64,000 bases of DNA, taken from positions 60,329 to 124,328 of IMG/VR virus record IMGVR_UViG_2974628344_000001; one strand, written 5' to 3'. Every line of letters starts with the position of its first letter. The stretch's first letter is position 1. This DNA is from Streptomyces virus Wollford. Its lineage: Duplodnaviria; Heunggongvirae; Uroviricota; Caudoviricetes. Positions 53,182 through 61,169 of the stretch are shown here, one piece after another. The translations under genes and the position numbers were made by a program. The notes under the pieces were generated by a model that saw only the letters and a program-made list of their open reading frames with translations, searched no databases and had not been told where the DNA came from.

Positions 53182-53547
53182 ATGGCAAATGACAAGGATT
53201 ACCAGTACCGTAGCTCTCAGGACGTTGTTGCTCCCCACCTAGATCCACTAGCAGATGAGGATGCAAAGCGTGCAGAGGAAGCCGGTGTTAAGGACTCAGC
53301 TTTTGTTGACTATGAGCAGGCTCTAGACAACTACCAGTCTCGTCCAGATGTTGAAACTCTTGCAGCACGTCGTGCACGTGAGGGTGGATGGAAGTTTGAA
53401 GATGCGGCTTTCCGTCGCTCCACTGAAAAGGACGAACTAACTGGTGGTGGTGTTGTTACAACTGATGACGCTACTGCAAAGAAGACCGAGCAGCAGAATG
53501 AAGTCAAGGACACCAATTCAGCACCAGCTCGTAAGTCAAGCAAGTAA
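53182..53547 (+). CDS. hypothetical charged protein
   Basis: 121-aa ORF, Asp/Glu/Lys-rich. Confidence 0.4.
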   Translation: MANDKDYQYRSSQDVVAPHLDPLADEDAKRAEEAGVKDSAFVDYEQALDNYQSRPDVETLAARRAREGGWKFEDAAFRRSTEKDELTGGGVVTTDDATAKKTEQQNEVKDTNSAPARKSSK

Positions 53548-53636
53548 TCAGACTTTGTAGTACAATTGAACAGGAGGGATCTTCCTTCCTGTTCTTTTGT
53601 ATCTAACAAACAAATAAGCACTATCTAAGGAAAAAT

Positions 53637-53876
53637 ATGTCTGTTGTTCTGGATTACAATTCAGTCGAAGCATTCGTCACTGAGCAGCGCAAGCTAAAGA
53701 ATGACGTTCGCTGGGATGGCTGGACACTTGTTTTCTTCCGCAAGAGTCGCAATTTCTCAGGTTGGAGTAAGCCTAATGGGGCCTACCGCAACAACAACTG
53801 GGGTTTTGAAACTCGTATCGCGGTGGGCAATGATGGGAAGTGGAGGGTACCTTCTCGCAATGTCCGGAATTCTTGA
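53637..53876 (+). CDS. hypothetical protein
   Basis: 79-aa ORF, 17-nt overlap with WhiB start. Confidence 0.35.
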   Translation: MSVVLDYNSVEAFVTEQRKLKNDVRWDGWTLVFFRKSRNFSGWSKPNGAYRNNNWGFETRIAVGNDGKWRVPSRNVRNS

Positions 53877-54171
53877 GCAGAGGGGCATAAGTCCGGAGGA
53901 AGTACAGTGGGAAGACTTGGCTCTATGTCGTGGTCTTCCCACTTCTTTCTTCTTCGAGACTTATGAAGAGGATAAAATCTCAGCCCGATACGTAGATGAA
54001 ATGTGCCTTCGCTGTCCAGTCATGAAGCAATGTGCAATGGCAGCTAAGGAGAACTCAGGATTCGGAGTTTGGGGCGGTGTTTATTGGAACGCTGCTAGGG
54101 TAGATAAGTATCGTAATGCCCATAAGACTCCGGAAACATGGGAGAGAATCAGAGAAAGGCTGGCGGAGTGA
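53860..54171 (+). CDS. whiB: WhiB-like Fe-S transcription factor
   Basis: CRGLPTSFFF ... CLRCPVMKQC four-Cys cluster and GVWGG turn; internal Met of track ORF 53701. Confidence 0.8.
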   Translation: MSGILEQRGISPEEVQWEDLALCRGLPTSFFFETYEEDKISARYVDEMCLRCPVMKQCAMAAKENSGFGVWGGVYWNAARVDKYRNAHKTPETWERIRERLAE

Positions 54172-54476
54172 GCGCAGAGAATGCATACGCTCTCTTGCAG
54201 ATAGAGAACGCCAGGAAGCTGTTCAGGGAATTTGTTTTTGAGCCTGGCACTGGATTCGTCTGTGACTTTGTTCAATACCCTGCAACGCAGCATGACGTTC
54301 CTAACTTCGCTCTGAGAGCCTACAGCAACACCTTTGACAATCTTTCACAGAAGAACAAGCTGTTGATCACCGAGCAGATCGGCAGCTTGATTCAGAAAAT
54401 CCGTTCTCTTGGTGTCAACTGTATTTTGGAGGTAGAGGATGCACCGGGAAAGCCAAGTGGTTCTGGTCGTCAGTGA
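54138..54476 (+). CDS. hypothetical protein
   Basis: 112-aa ORF. Confidence 0.4.
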   Translation: MGENQRKAGGVSAENAYALLQIENARKLFREFVFEPGTGFVCDFVQYPATQHDVPNFALRAYSNTFDNLSQKNKLLITEQIGSLIQKIRSLGVNCILEVEDAPGKPSGSGRQ

Positions 54477-54611
54477 AGGTGTTTACGGAATAATCACCCA
54501 GGTACATAGCTATATGTGCAAGGTGCAGTACTCTGTGGACGGAATTGAGTTTCACGAGTATTTCGATAATGATGACCTTGAAGTCATCGGAGAAATTGGA
54601 TATGAGGAGGA

Positions 54612-54842
54612 GTGAGCGAACTGGTTTGTCAAATCTGTGACAAGCAGAGGAATTCACTGGTTAATTACAAGTCAAGGCTTAATCCAGATATGGAATTCAT
54701 GGCTTGCTCTCCGTGTGCAAGTGGTGAAATCGAGCCTCGATGGCTTGTAATTCTTATGGCTCGTTCTGGAACTGATGTGAGCCGGTGGGTAGAGAATCGT
54801 CTTTACTATGGAGACGACATTACATCAGACCATTTGAATTAA
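54612..54842 (+). CDS. zinc-ribbon small protein
   Basis: CQICDK...CSPCASGE. Confidence 0.4.
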   Translation: MSELVCQICDKQRNSLVNYKSRLNPDMEFMACSPCASGEIEPRWLVILMARSGTDVSRWVENRLYYGDDITSDHLN

Positions 54843-54848
54843 GCCATC

Positions 54849-54906
54849 AGGCCGGGTATACTAGCCAAGACTAGGGAACTATGGGGTTCGAATCCCTACC
54901 GGCCAC
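54849..54906 (+). other. truncated (about 58 nt) D-armless tRNA-like element
   Basis: acceptor aggccgg/ccggcca, 4-bp hairpin ctag-ccaaga-ctag, T-arm tggggTTCGAATcccta. Confidence 0.3.
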
Positions 54907-55176
54907 AATAAATCCCCTTGACGGGAGGAAAATGTACTTTGATGACGAATATTCAACGGCAGAATGCATAAAGGATCTCACAAAGAGCATTTGGATTACC
55001 ATTAAGCTCGTACTGAGATCAGAGGCAACTCCAGAAGAAATTGCTGGTGCTGCTGAGAGGGCTAAATTTCTACGCCTTTATCTAACTAGATATCACAACA
55101 AGAGAATGGCGACGCTCACTGACACAGAAGTTTGGCTTGCACAAGAGGTGGCCGAGGCCGTTGAAGATTTGATTGA

Positions 55177-55205
55177 TTGACTTTTAACTCATCAGTGATT
55201 ACAAT
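55177..55205 (+). promoter_or_regulatory. promoter TTGACT-N17-TACAAT
   Basis: canonical -35/-10 spacing; ATG 6 nt after -10 implies leaderless transcript. Confidence 0.5.
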
Positions 55206-55211
55206 TTGCAT

Positions 55212-55613
55212 ATGTCCAGAATATCTACAGCGTTTGTGAAGATGTACAAGCATCCCCTCGGTACTATCGAGGTGATGATTGCTGTTGGTCTTTTGGTTTC
55301 AGGATTGTATACGATGAGTTGGTTTTATGAACCTGCATCAACGACTCCCTTGGGTGTAGCTGTTGATTCAACCGCAGTGAGAATGAGTATTGGAGCATTT
55401 TATTCACTCTCCGCTCTGACTGTCATTTTTGGATCTGTTAGATCAAATGACGGCTGGCGTGCAAAAGGTTTGTTTGCTATTTCTCTGAGCTATGGGTTTA
55501 TGACATTGCTCAGATGGCTAACTATTGGAATTACTCCATTGACTTGGGTGTTCAGCCTTACTCTCATGTTCATCGTTGCATTCCTTTACTTTAGGATAAG
55601 GTTGCTGAGATGA
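55212..55613 (+). CDS. integral membrane protein (4 TM)
   Basis: four hydrophobic helices; holin-like size. Confidence 0.4.
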   Translation: MSRISTAFVKMYKHPLGTIEVMIAVGLLVSGLYTMSWFYEPASTTPLGVAVDSTAVRMSIGAFYSLSALTVIFGSVRSNDGWRAKGLFAISLSYGFMTLLRWLTIGITPLTWVFSLTLMFIVAFLYFRIRLLR

Positions 55614-55909
55614 TGCCCGAGATGACTACGGCTTGGATTGCCCTATTGGGAACGGTGCTGGGGGGTGTTGGACTTAAGTTTGTTGAACACTGGCTCAGTC
55701 GTAGCAAGGTACGGGATGACACAGCCGCTCAGCTTAGAAATGAGCTAAGGACTGAAATTCAGGGCCTCAAGCAGGAGCTGAACAATGTTGAAGCCGACCT
55801 AGACAAGTGGCGTGGAAAGTATTACGAATTGATGGACAACTTCATCAAGGTAAAGAGTGAGCTAGAAGCAGCCATGAGGCAGCTACAAAACAATCAACCC
55901 CCTGGCTAA
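55610..55909 (+). CDS. membrane-anchored coiled-coil protein
   Basis: N-terminal TM then coiled coil LRNELRTEIQGLKQELNNVEADLDKWRGKYYEL. Confidence 0.35.
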   Translation: MMPEMTTAWIALLGTVLGGVGLKFVEHWLSRSKVRDDTAAQLRNELRTEIQGLKQELNNVEADLDKWRGKYYELMDNFIKVKSELEAAMRQLQNNQPPG

Positions 55910-55942
55910 TGCTGGGGGTGTTGTGTTATAGTAAGGAGCAAT

Positions 55943-56134
55943 ATGCAAACAGTTGCGGAACGTCCGCTGAATAAGACAGAAGATCGTTGCGATAAGTGCA
56001 GCGCTCAGGCATTTGTAATTGCAGAGAAGGAAGATCTTGTACTTCTGTTCTGCGGGCATCATGGCAAGCAATACAAGCAATCACTTGAGGTAAAGGGATG
56101 GAGTCTACTAGACTTCACAGATGAGATCGGATGA
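55943..56134 (+). CDS. zinc-ribbon small protein
   Basis: CDKCSAQ...CGHH. Confidence 0.35.
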   Translation: MQTVAERPLNKTEDRCDKCSAQAFVIAEKEDLVLLFCGHHGKQYKQSLEVKGWSLLDFTDEIG

Positions 56135-56137
56135 TCA

Positions 56138-56353
56138 ATGGGCTACATAGAAGTATGGGTAGATGAAGAGGAATTCGAAGACGACTTCCTTGACGCTCTA
56201 CAGAGTGGCGAGTATGATGAACATGTAAGACGCCGAGCCGAAATGCTTGGACTAGATGTTTCTATAGCTCAGAAGTTTCACGAGCTGCTGCATCCGCAGG
56301 GCACGTTGACAATCGAGCGGTGCAGAGAGTATCCTTGTAACGAAGCCACCTGA
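56138..56353 (+). CDS. hypothetical acidic protein
   Basis: 71-aa ORF. Confidence 0.35.
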   Translation: MGYIEVWVDEEEFEDDFLDALQSGEYDEHVRRRAEMLGLDVSIAQKFHELLHPQGTLTIERCREYPCNEAT

Positions 56354-56366
56354 TGAAAGGTAAGTA

Positions 56367-56780
56367 ATGGAAATCGGAGATATTGTAATTCTTGCCAACG
56401 ACCCTGATGCCGGAAGTGGCTGGGAGGGTCTTATGTGCGAGGTTACTGAGATTAACGAATCCAGGGGTGGATATACATGGGTACGACCTTTTAGCAATCG
56501 ACCTGATGGATTCAAGAAGGCTCCATTCTTCTGGAAGACAAGGAATATGCAGACAAGAAGGATCGAAGATCCTGGCCCTGCAAAGGGTGCTCTAGCTATG
56601 ATTGTTGTCCCCCAGGAAGAAATTGACAGCAATCCCAATCTTGCAAAGTGGCAGGGATTTGAAGCCACTGTAGAAAGGGTTGATGGTAGCATGGTCAGAA
56701 TTCGTGCCCTGTCTCCTCGCCCTGATGGAAACAAGATACTTTCCTTTTATTGGGAAAAGAAGTGGCTCATCTTCGAATGA
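56367..56780 (+). CDS. tandem-duplicated KOW/SH3-like protein
   Basis: two repeats each ending RP(D/F)...RPDG(F/N)K... FxWxK. Confidence 0.45.
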   Translation: MEIGDIVILANDPDAGSGWEGLMCEVTEINESRGGYTWVRPFSNRPDGFKKAPFFWKTRNMQTRRIEDPGPAKGALAMIVVPQEEIDSNPNLAKWQGFEATVERVDGSMVRIRALSPRPDGNKILSFYWEKKWLIFE

Positions 56781-56800
56781 GTCTCGCCCTTCGGGGCTAT

Positions 56801-56875
56801 TCCCCCGTGGTCTGCTGGCATGGCCCACCTGACTTTGAATCAGGTTGTTCGTAGGTTCGATTCCTGCCGGGGGAG
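56801..56875 (+). tRNA. tRNA-Gln (UUG)
   Basis: acceptor tcccccg/cggggga, stem cctga/tcagg, loop cuUUGaa, T-arm gtaggTTCGATTcctgc. Confidence 0.7.
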
Positions 56876-56896
56876 CTTTTAATTGGAGGAGATAAT

Positions 56897-57142
56897 ATGG
56901 CTGCACAGTTCAGCTTTAATGATCCAAACGGTAAGCCTGTAAACAAGGTCGACTACGTAAAGGTAAAGAACGCACCTCGTAATCTAAGTGAGTGGAATGG
57001 TGTAGTGGCAATGGTCATGAGCGTCCCTCTTACAGATCGTACAGTTCTTCTTTCAATTGAGAAGAACAAGCCAAAGAATTACGACCAGCGAATTGTCTAC
57101 ATTTCAACTCAGTACCTATATCTTGAGAAGAAGAGGACTTGA
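56897..57142 (+). CDS. small protein (KOW/SH3-like family)
   Basis: 81-aa ORF. Confidence 0.4.
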   Translation: MAAQFSFNDPNGKPVNKVDYVKVKNAPRNLSEWNGVVAMVMSVPLTDRTVLLSIEKNKPKNYDQRIVYISTQYLYLEKKRT

Positions 57143-57152
57143 TTTGGAAGAC

Positions 57153-57347
57153 ATGGCAGGCAATAAGATCCAGGGTGATAGCATCGTTGAGTTGTACCAT
57201 GAAGGCCCCTGGAACGGCTTTAGAGCAAAGGTTTTAAAGCACCGGGGCAAGAGCATGGTATGGCTTTCTCCATTAGAGCCTAGGCCAGATGGCAACGGTA
57301 TGAGCAAGTTCGTATGGCCACTAAACAGCTTGACGGTGGTCAGCTAA
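57153..57347 (+). CDS. KOW/SH3-like small protein (single-repeat paralogue of 56367)
   Basis: LSPLEPRPDGNGMSKFVWP matches repeat of 56367..56780. Confidence 0.4.
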   Translation: MAGNKIQGDSIVELYHEGPWNGFRAKVLKHRGKSMVWLSPLEPRPDGNGMSKFVWPLNSLTVVS

Positions 57348-57379
57348 TCAACTACTATGGAGGTAGTTGAAAGGAAGAT

Positions 57380-57607
57380 ATGGAACAGTACAGACTGACA
57401 GTAGACGGAGCAGTTCTAGACTCAGATAAGGCAGCAATTCGAAGTCTTAATATGGGAATGGCACTGCTTCTTTCTATTTTGATGGATGAAATCGAAGAGC
57501 CTGATCACTACACAAAGCAGGCTTTCATGGTGACAACTCAGCTACATGACGCTGTTGCTATGTATCTTGAGAGGCATGGTGAATGGGACCTCTCACCAGA
57601 GAGCTAA
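57380..57607 (+). CDS. hypothetical protein
   Basis: 75-aa ORF. Confidence 0.35.
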   Translation: MEQYRLTVDGAVLDSDKAAIRSLNMGMALLLSILMDEIEEPDHYTKQAFMVTTQLHDAVAMYLERHGEWDLSPES

Positions 57608-57843
57608 AGGCTCTGTTTGATCAAAAGGGTTATCGATGGAGAGTTGATGGCAAACTAAAGAAGCCAACGCTCAAGGATATTGATAACGCATTAGAGAAGA
57701 TCACTGAGAAAATGGCCAATGAACCTGTGGGAACATGGGTATATGTTGGCCGTTTGATCGTTGTCAAGGATGCTGATGGTATGCTTGACGTATATGTACA
57801 TCACGGAACAATTGAAGAGGAAAGTGCGAACGCTAGTCAATAA
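57583..57843 (+). CDS. hypothetical protein
   Basis: 86-aa ORF. Confidence 0.35.
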   Translation: MGPLTRELKALFDQKGYRWRVDGKLKKPTLKDIDNALEKITEKMANEPVGTWVYVGRLIVVKDADGMLDVYVHHGTIEEESANASQ

Positions 57844-57873
57844 GCTTCGCAGATTCATCTACGAAGGAATACA

Positions 57874-58302
57874 ATGAATTCATATCAGTACGAATTTCCC
57901 TACACCGACTTTTTCAATGCAGACAGCTCTGCTATTGATGTGATTTTCTACAATAAGGAGGATCGCAGGCTTGCCGTTCTGTTCAATCATGGAACTGTTT
58001 CTGTTTACTCCGAGGTCGGCGTAGATGAATTCAATAAGCTTCACTCAGCCCTGAGTGTTGGTGTTTATTACAATCGATACATCAAGGGCCGCTACATTTC
58101 CGAGAACTGGGGAGACAGGGTTAAGTTCTACAAGCAGGTAGAAAAGAAGCCTCTTAACGAGCATCCTGCGTATGCTCCAGTTGTTGAAGAAAAGCCCGGC
58201 GATGTAAATGTGACTGTTAACATTTATGTCAATGGTAATCCAGAGGACATTGCAAGGGCTGTCGAACGTCTTGCTCCGTCATTCCGAGCAATGAAGAGGT
58301 GA
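57874..58302 (+). CDS. hypothetical protein
   Basis: 142-aa ORF. Confidence 0.45.
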   Translation: MNSYQYEFPYTDFFNADSSAIDVIFYNKEDRRLAVLFNHGTVSVYSEVGVDEFNKLHSALSVGVYYNRYIKGRYISENWGDRVKFYKQVEKKPLNEHPAYAPVVEEKPGDVNVTVNIYVNGNPEDIARAVERLAPSFRAMKR

Positions 58303-58303
58303 A

Positions 58304-58600
58304 ATGATAAAGGTAAACAATCTGCATGATCTGGTAAGCAACACAGATAAGGCTGTCGTTGTTTTCTCCGCTCCAGATTGGTGTGTACCTTGTCAAAGAC
58401 TGCAACCACATCTTGAGAAGCTGGCTGAGAAGCTTGACTATCCTGTCGTGTATGTAGACATTGACAAGGCAGAGGAAATTAGGGATGAGTACGGCATCAT
58501 GTCTGTACCGCGCATTTTTGAATTCGCCAACGGCGATCCTGTGCGTGAATTGACTGGTCGTACAGTCATCGCTCTTGAGAGGGAACTAGCCGCTGAGTGA
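58304..58600 (+). CDS. trx: thioredoxin
   Basis: active site WCVPCQRL (CxxC), thioredoxin-length (98 aa). Confidence 0.75.
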   Translation: MIKVNNLHDLVSNTDKAVVVFSAPDWCVPCQRLQPHLEKLAEKLDYPVVYVDIDKAEEIRDEYGIMSVPRIFEFANGDPVRELTGRTVIALERELAAE

Positions 58601-58620
58601 TCAGCGGCTTTTCTCATAGG

Positions 58621-58649
58621 TTGACACCTAATCAGCTCAGGCGTAAGGT
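58621..58649 (+). promoter_or_regulatory. promoter TTGACA-N17-TAAGGT
   Basis: recurrent family. Confidence 0.35.
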
Positions 58650-58889
58650 GTATATACACGAACTTACAAGGAGATGATCACAGTGACGTGTGCTCAGTGT
58701 GGTGGCGAATGTGATGAATCAGTATGCTTTGAGACATTTGCTGACAAGGTGAAGAGACTGTTCTTTTGCAGTGTTGCACATCGTACCGCCTGGTTCTTTG
58801 GGTGGATGTAATGAGAATTGTTTTAATAGGAGGGGTCATACTATGGCTCCTTCTTATTCTTTTAATTTGCAGGTGGACTTATGTGACCA

Positions 58890-59390
58890 GTGAAAGGCGA
58901 AGTAATGGGTCCAAGAGTAAATCCAATCATTCAGTTCGTTGGTGAGCATTACTATCTCTCCAACTTCTACACCGCGCCAGTCAAACTTGGCAATCTCACA
59001 TTCAAAACCAATGAGGCTGCATTTCAGGCATCTAAGTATAAGGCTATGATTGGGACACAACAAGAACAGTATGCATTCATTGCAGCAATTCTTGACTGTG
59101 ATACGCCCGGTGAGACTAAGAAGCTTGGCAAGAATGTGAGCATCGACCTTGACAAGTGGGAGCAAATCAAGGTACGTTGTATGAGGGATGTTGTTAAGGC
59201 CAAGTTCGATCAAAACGATGACTTGAGAATCAAGCTCATTGAAACCGGCGCTGCTCTGCTAGTCGAAGGAAACGACTGGGGAGATAAGTTCTGGGGCCGG
59301 TGTGATGGAAAGGGTCTCAACATCCTTGGTTCTATCCTAATGGAACTAAGAGGCTACTATTTCTGGAAGGAATACCAGAGTATATGGTGA
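58890..59390 (+). CDS. NADAR-domain protein (YbiA-like; candidate ADP-ribose-nucleotide glycohydrolase)
   Basis: FVGEHYYLSNFY ... GDKFWG motifs of NADAR/DUF1768 fold. Confidence 0.65.
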   Translation: MKGEVMGPRVNPIIQFVGEHYYLSNFYTAPVKLGNLTFKTNEAAFQASKYKAMIGTQQEQYAFIAAILDCDTPGETKKLGKNVSIDLDKWEQIKVRCMRDVVKAKFDQNDDLRIKLIETGAALLVEGNDWGDKFWGRCDGKGLNILGSILMELRGYYFWKEYQSIW

Positions 59391-59887
59391 ACGTACTAAG
59401 AGACATTCGTAAGATGCGTGATCTTCCTGATGCTGAGGTTTCTGGTAGATTCGCTGGTCTTGTTGATGCCTATGTCAAGGGATTGAACGATCCCAAGAAC
59501 AACAAGGGCAATCCTGGTATGGGCTCTGTGCCCAGTAGAAGGGTCAGCAAGATTAAGAGAAAGAAGGGGCAGCTAACTCCCTCAGAGATTCTTTTTGCAA
59601 TGCATGGAGCGCTCTGGAAGATTGGCTGGACACAAGGTGTGCTACGAGACAACGAAGGTCGGATGTGCCTTCGAGGCGCATTAATCTACATGAATCTTAA
59701 GGGTCATGTGCACCCTGATGACTTGAACATTGTTGCTGAGTATCTGCACAATGAGACCCGGCGCAAGAATGGTGACAGTCGTCAGTACAATTTCATCTAT
59801 TGGAACAACGATCCTAAGCGCACACTAGGAGATGTTCTTAAGCTTCTGGAGGATTGCAAGAACCGTGCCAAGCTCGCAGGAGAATGA
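59384..59887 (+). CDS. hypothetical protein
   Basis: 167-aa ORF. Confidence 0.45.
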   Translation: MVNVLRDIRKMRDLPDAEVSGRFAGLVDAYVKGLNDPKNNKGNPGMGSVPSRRVSKIKRKKGQLTPSEILFAMHGALWKIGWTQGVLRDNEGRMCLRGALIYMNLKGHVHPDDLNIVAEYLHNETRRKNGDSRQYNFIYWNNDPKRTLGDVLKLLEDCKNRAKLAGE

Positions 59888-60266
59888 GGATGCTGCCGCA
59901 GTAGTAGAAAGAATTACTGCGGCACTCAATCAGATTGCCGAATCCTTTGAGAGACTAAGTCTCATTGAAGCTTCTTTTGCAGATATAAGGGAGGTGATGG
60001 AAACGGCAGTGGATATCAGACACAATGAATATCCTATGAGAGACGGCTATGGAACCTATTGGTATGATCCAAGTGGATTCCATGCTGACTCTGAGGGCGA
60101 ATGCTTTATGTGCAAGAATCTGACAAGCAGAATTGATATTGACTATCATGGCTACTTCTGCGACTCACATGATTGCAATGAGGCAGTCAGAAAGGAGTTG
60201 GAGCGCCTTAACGGTGGTCCAGAGGAAACAGATGAAAATCGGAATAGAAGTCAGAACGATCAATAA
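59832..60266 (+). CDS. hypothetical Cys/His-rich protein
   Basis: 144-aa ORF; FMCKN...HGYFCDSHDCN. Confidence 0.4.
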   Translation: MFLSFWRIARTVPSSQENEDAAAVVERITAALNQIAESFERLSLIEASFADIREVMETAVDIRHNEYPMRDGYGTYWYDPSGFHADSEGECFMCKNLTSRIDIDYHGYFCDSHDCNEAVRKELERLNGGPEETDENRNRSQNDQ

Positions 60267-60459
60267 GACTTCTTACTACTCAGATCTTCTAGACATGTCT
60301 GGCAAGACTGAGGAGGAGATTGCCACGATCATCAGCGATATTGAATCAATTCTTGATGGGGTGGCGAGTGACAGCGGTCTTACTATTTTGATGGACGGCA
60401 GAAGGTATGCCTTCCCGCCTAGTGCAATCGAATATGCAACAACATACGAGGCTGATTGA
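60234..60459 (+). CDS. hypothetical protein
   Basis: MKIGIEVRTINKTSYYS...; internal Met of track ORF 60133. Confidence 0.3.
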
Positions 60460-60485
60460 CAAAACCATATGTTCTGATCTAGCAT
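60456..60485 (+). promoter_or_regulatory. promoter TTGACA-N18-TAGCAT
   Basis: recurrent family. Confidence 0.3.
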
Positions 60486-60494
60486 GAGAACATT

Positions 60495-60731
60495 ATGAGA
60501 TATACAATCGTAAAGGAGCCTCTTAAAAGAGGTAGAACGGTGGAAGGCTACAACTGGTGCATCCTTGATACTAAGGTCAACAGAGTAGTCTTTCGCCATT
60601 CTAATGAATTCAAAGCTGAGTTCATCAAAGACACCTTCAATGACGCAAATGTAAGCAGTCGATTCGAGTATGAATTGCCAGGCGATGAAACCATTGAAGA
60701 CCTAGATGATTCAGCATTTCAAGGGGAATGA
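60495..60731 (+). CDS. hypothetical protein
   Basis: 78-aa ORF. Confidence 0.4.
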   Translation: MRYTIVKEPLKRGRTVEGYNWCILDTKVNRVVFRHSNEFKAEFIKDTFNDANVSSRFEYELPGDETIEDLDDSAFQGE

Positions 60732-61010
60732 ATGCTGGAGAAATTGGCCTGGCGATATTTGGCCCGGCGCATGGAAGTCCATCGTAAGTCTGGTAGACAC
60801 CATGAAGCAGACCATATAAGAGCAGCACTAGCAACCCAAATACAGAAGCAGTGTGCGCTTTGCTGCGTATTGGAGAATACAGACTGGCTGGCATGGGCAA
60901 CACGTTTTGATCCAACAGCCAATGAATGCAAGGACAACGAGCTATATGCAAGTATTGTTGCAGATGAATCCCGGTTTGGAGATGTGGTTCGGAGAAGTGG
61001 TCTGGACTGA
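60732..61010 (+). CDS. hypothetical protein
   Basis: 92-aa ORF; last + strand gene before repeat tract. Confidence 0.4.
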   Translation: MLEKLAWRYLARRMEVHRKSGRHHEADHIRAALATQIQKQCALCCVLENTDWLAWATRFDPTANECKDNELYASIVADESRFGDVVRRSGLD

Positions 61011-61079
61011 CGAATGGGATTGGGATGAAGAGGACCGGCTTAGTGCTGGTCCTTTCCCATTTTATTGAACATGTTCAAA

Positions 61080-61150
61080 TTCCATAGATTTTTAGTCAGT
61101 GGCCGATTTTTTAGTCACGACATGATCCAATAGATTTTTAGTCACAAAAC
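61080..61150. repeat. three direct repeats AGATTTTTAGTCA(C)
   Basis: tccatagatttttagtcagtggccgattttttagtcacgacatgatccaatagatttttagtcacaaaacg. Confidence 0.6.
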
Positions 61151-61169
61151 GCCCGGCGGCTAGAGTTCC

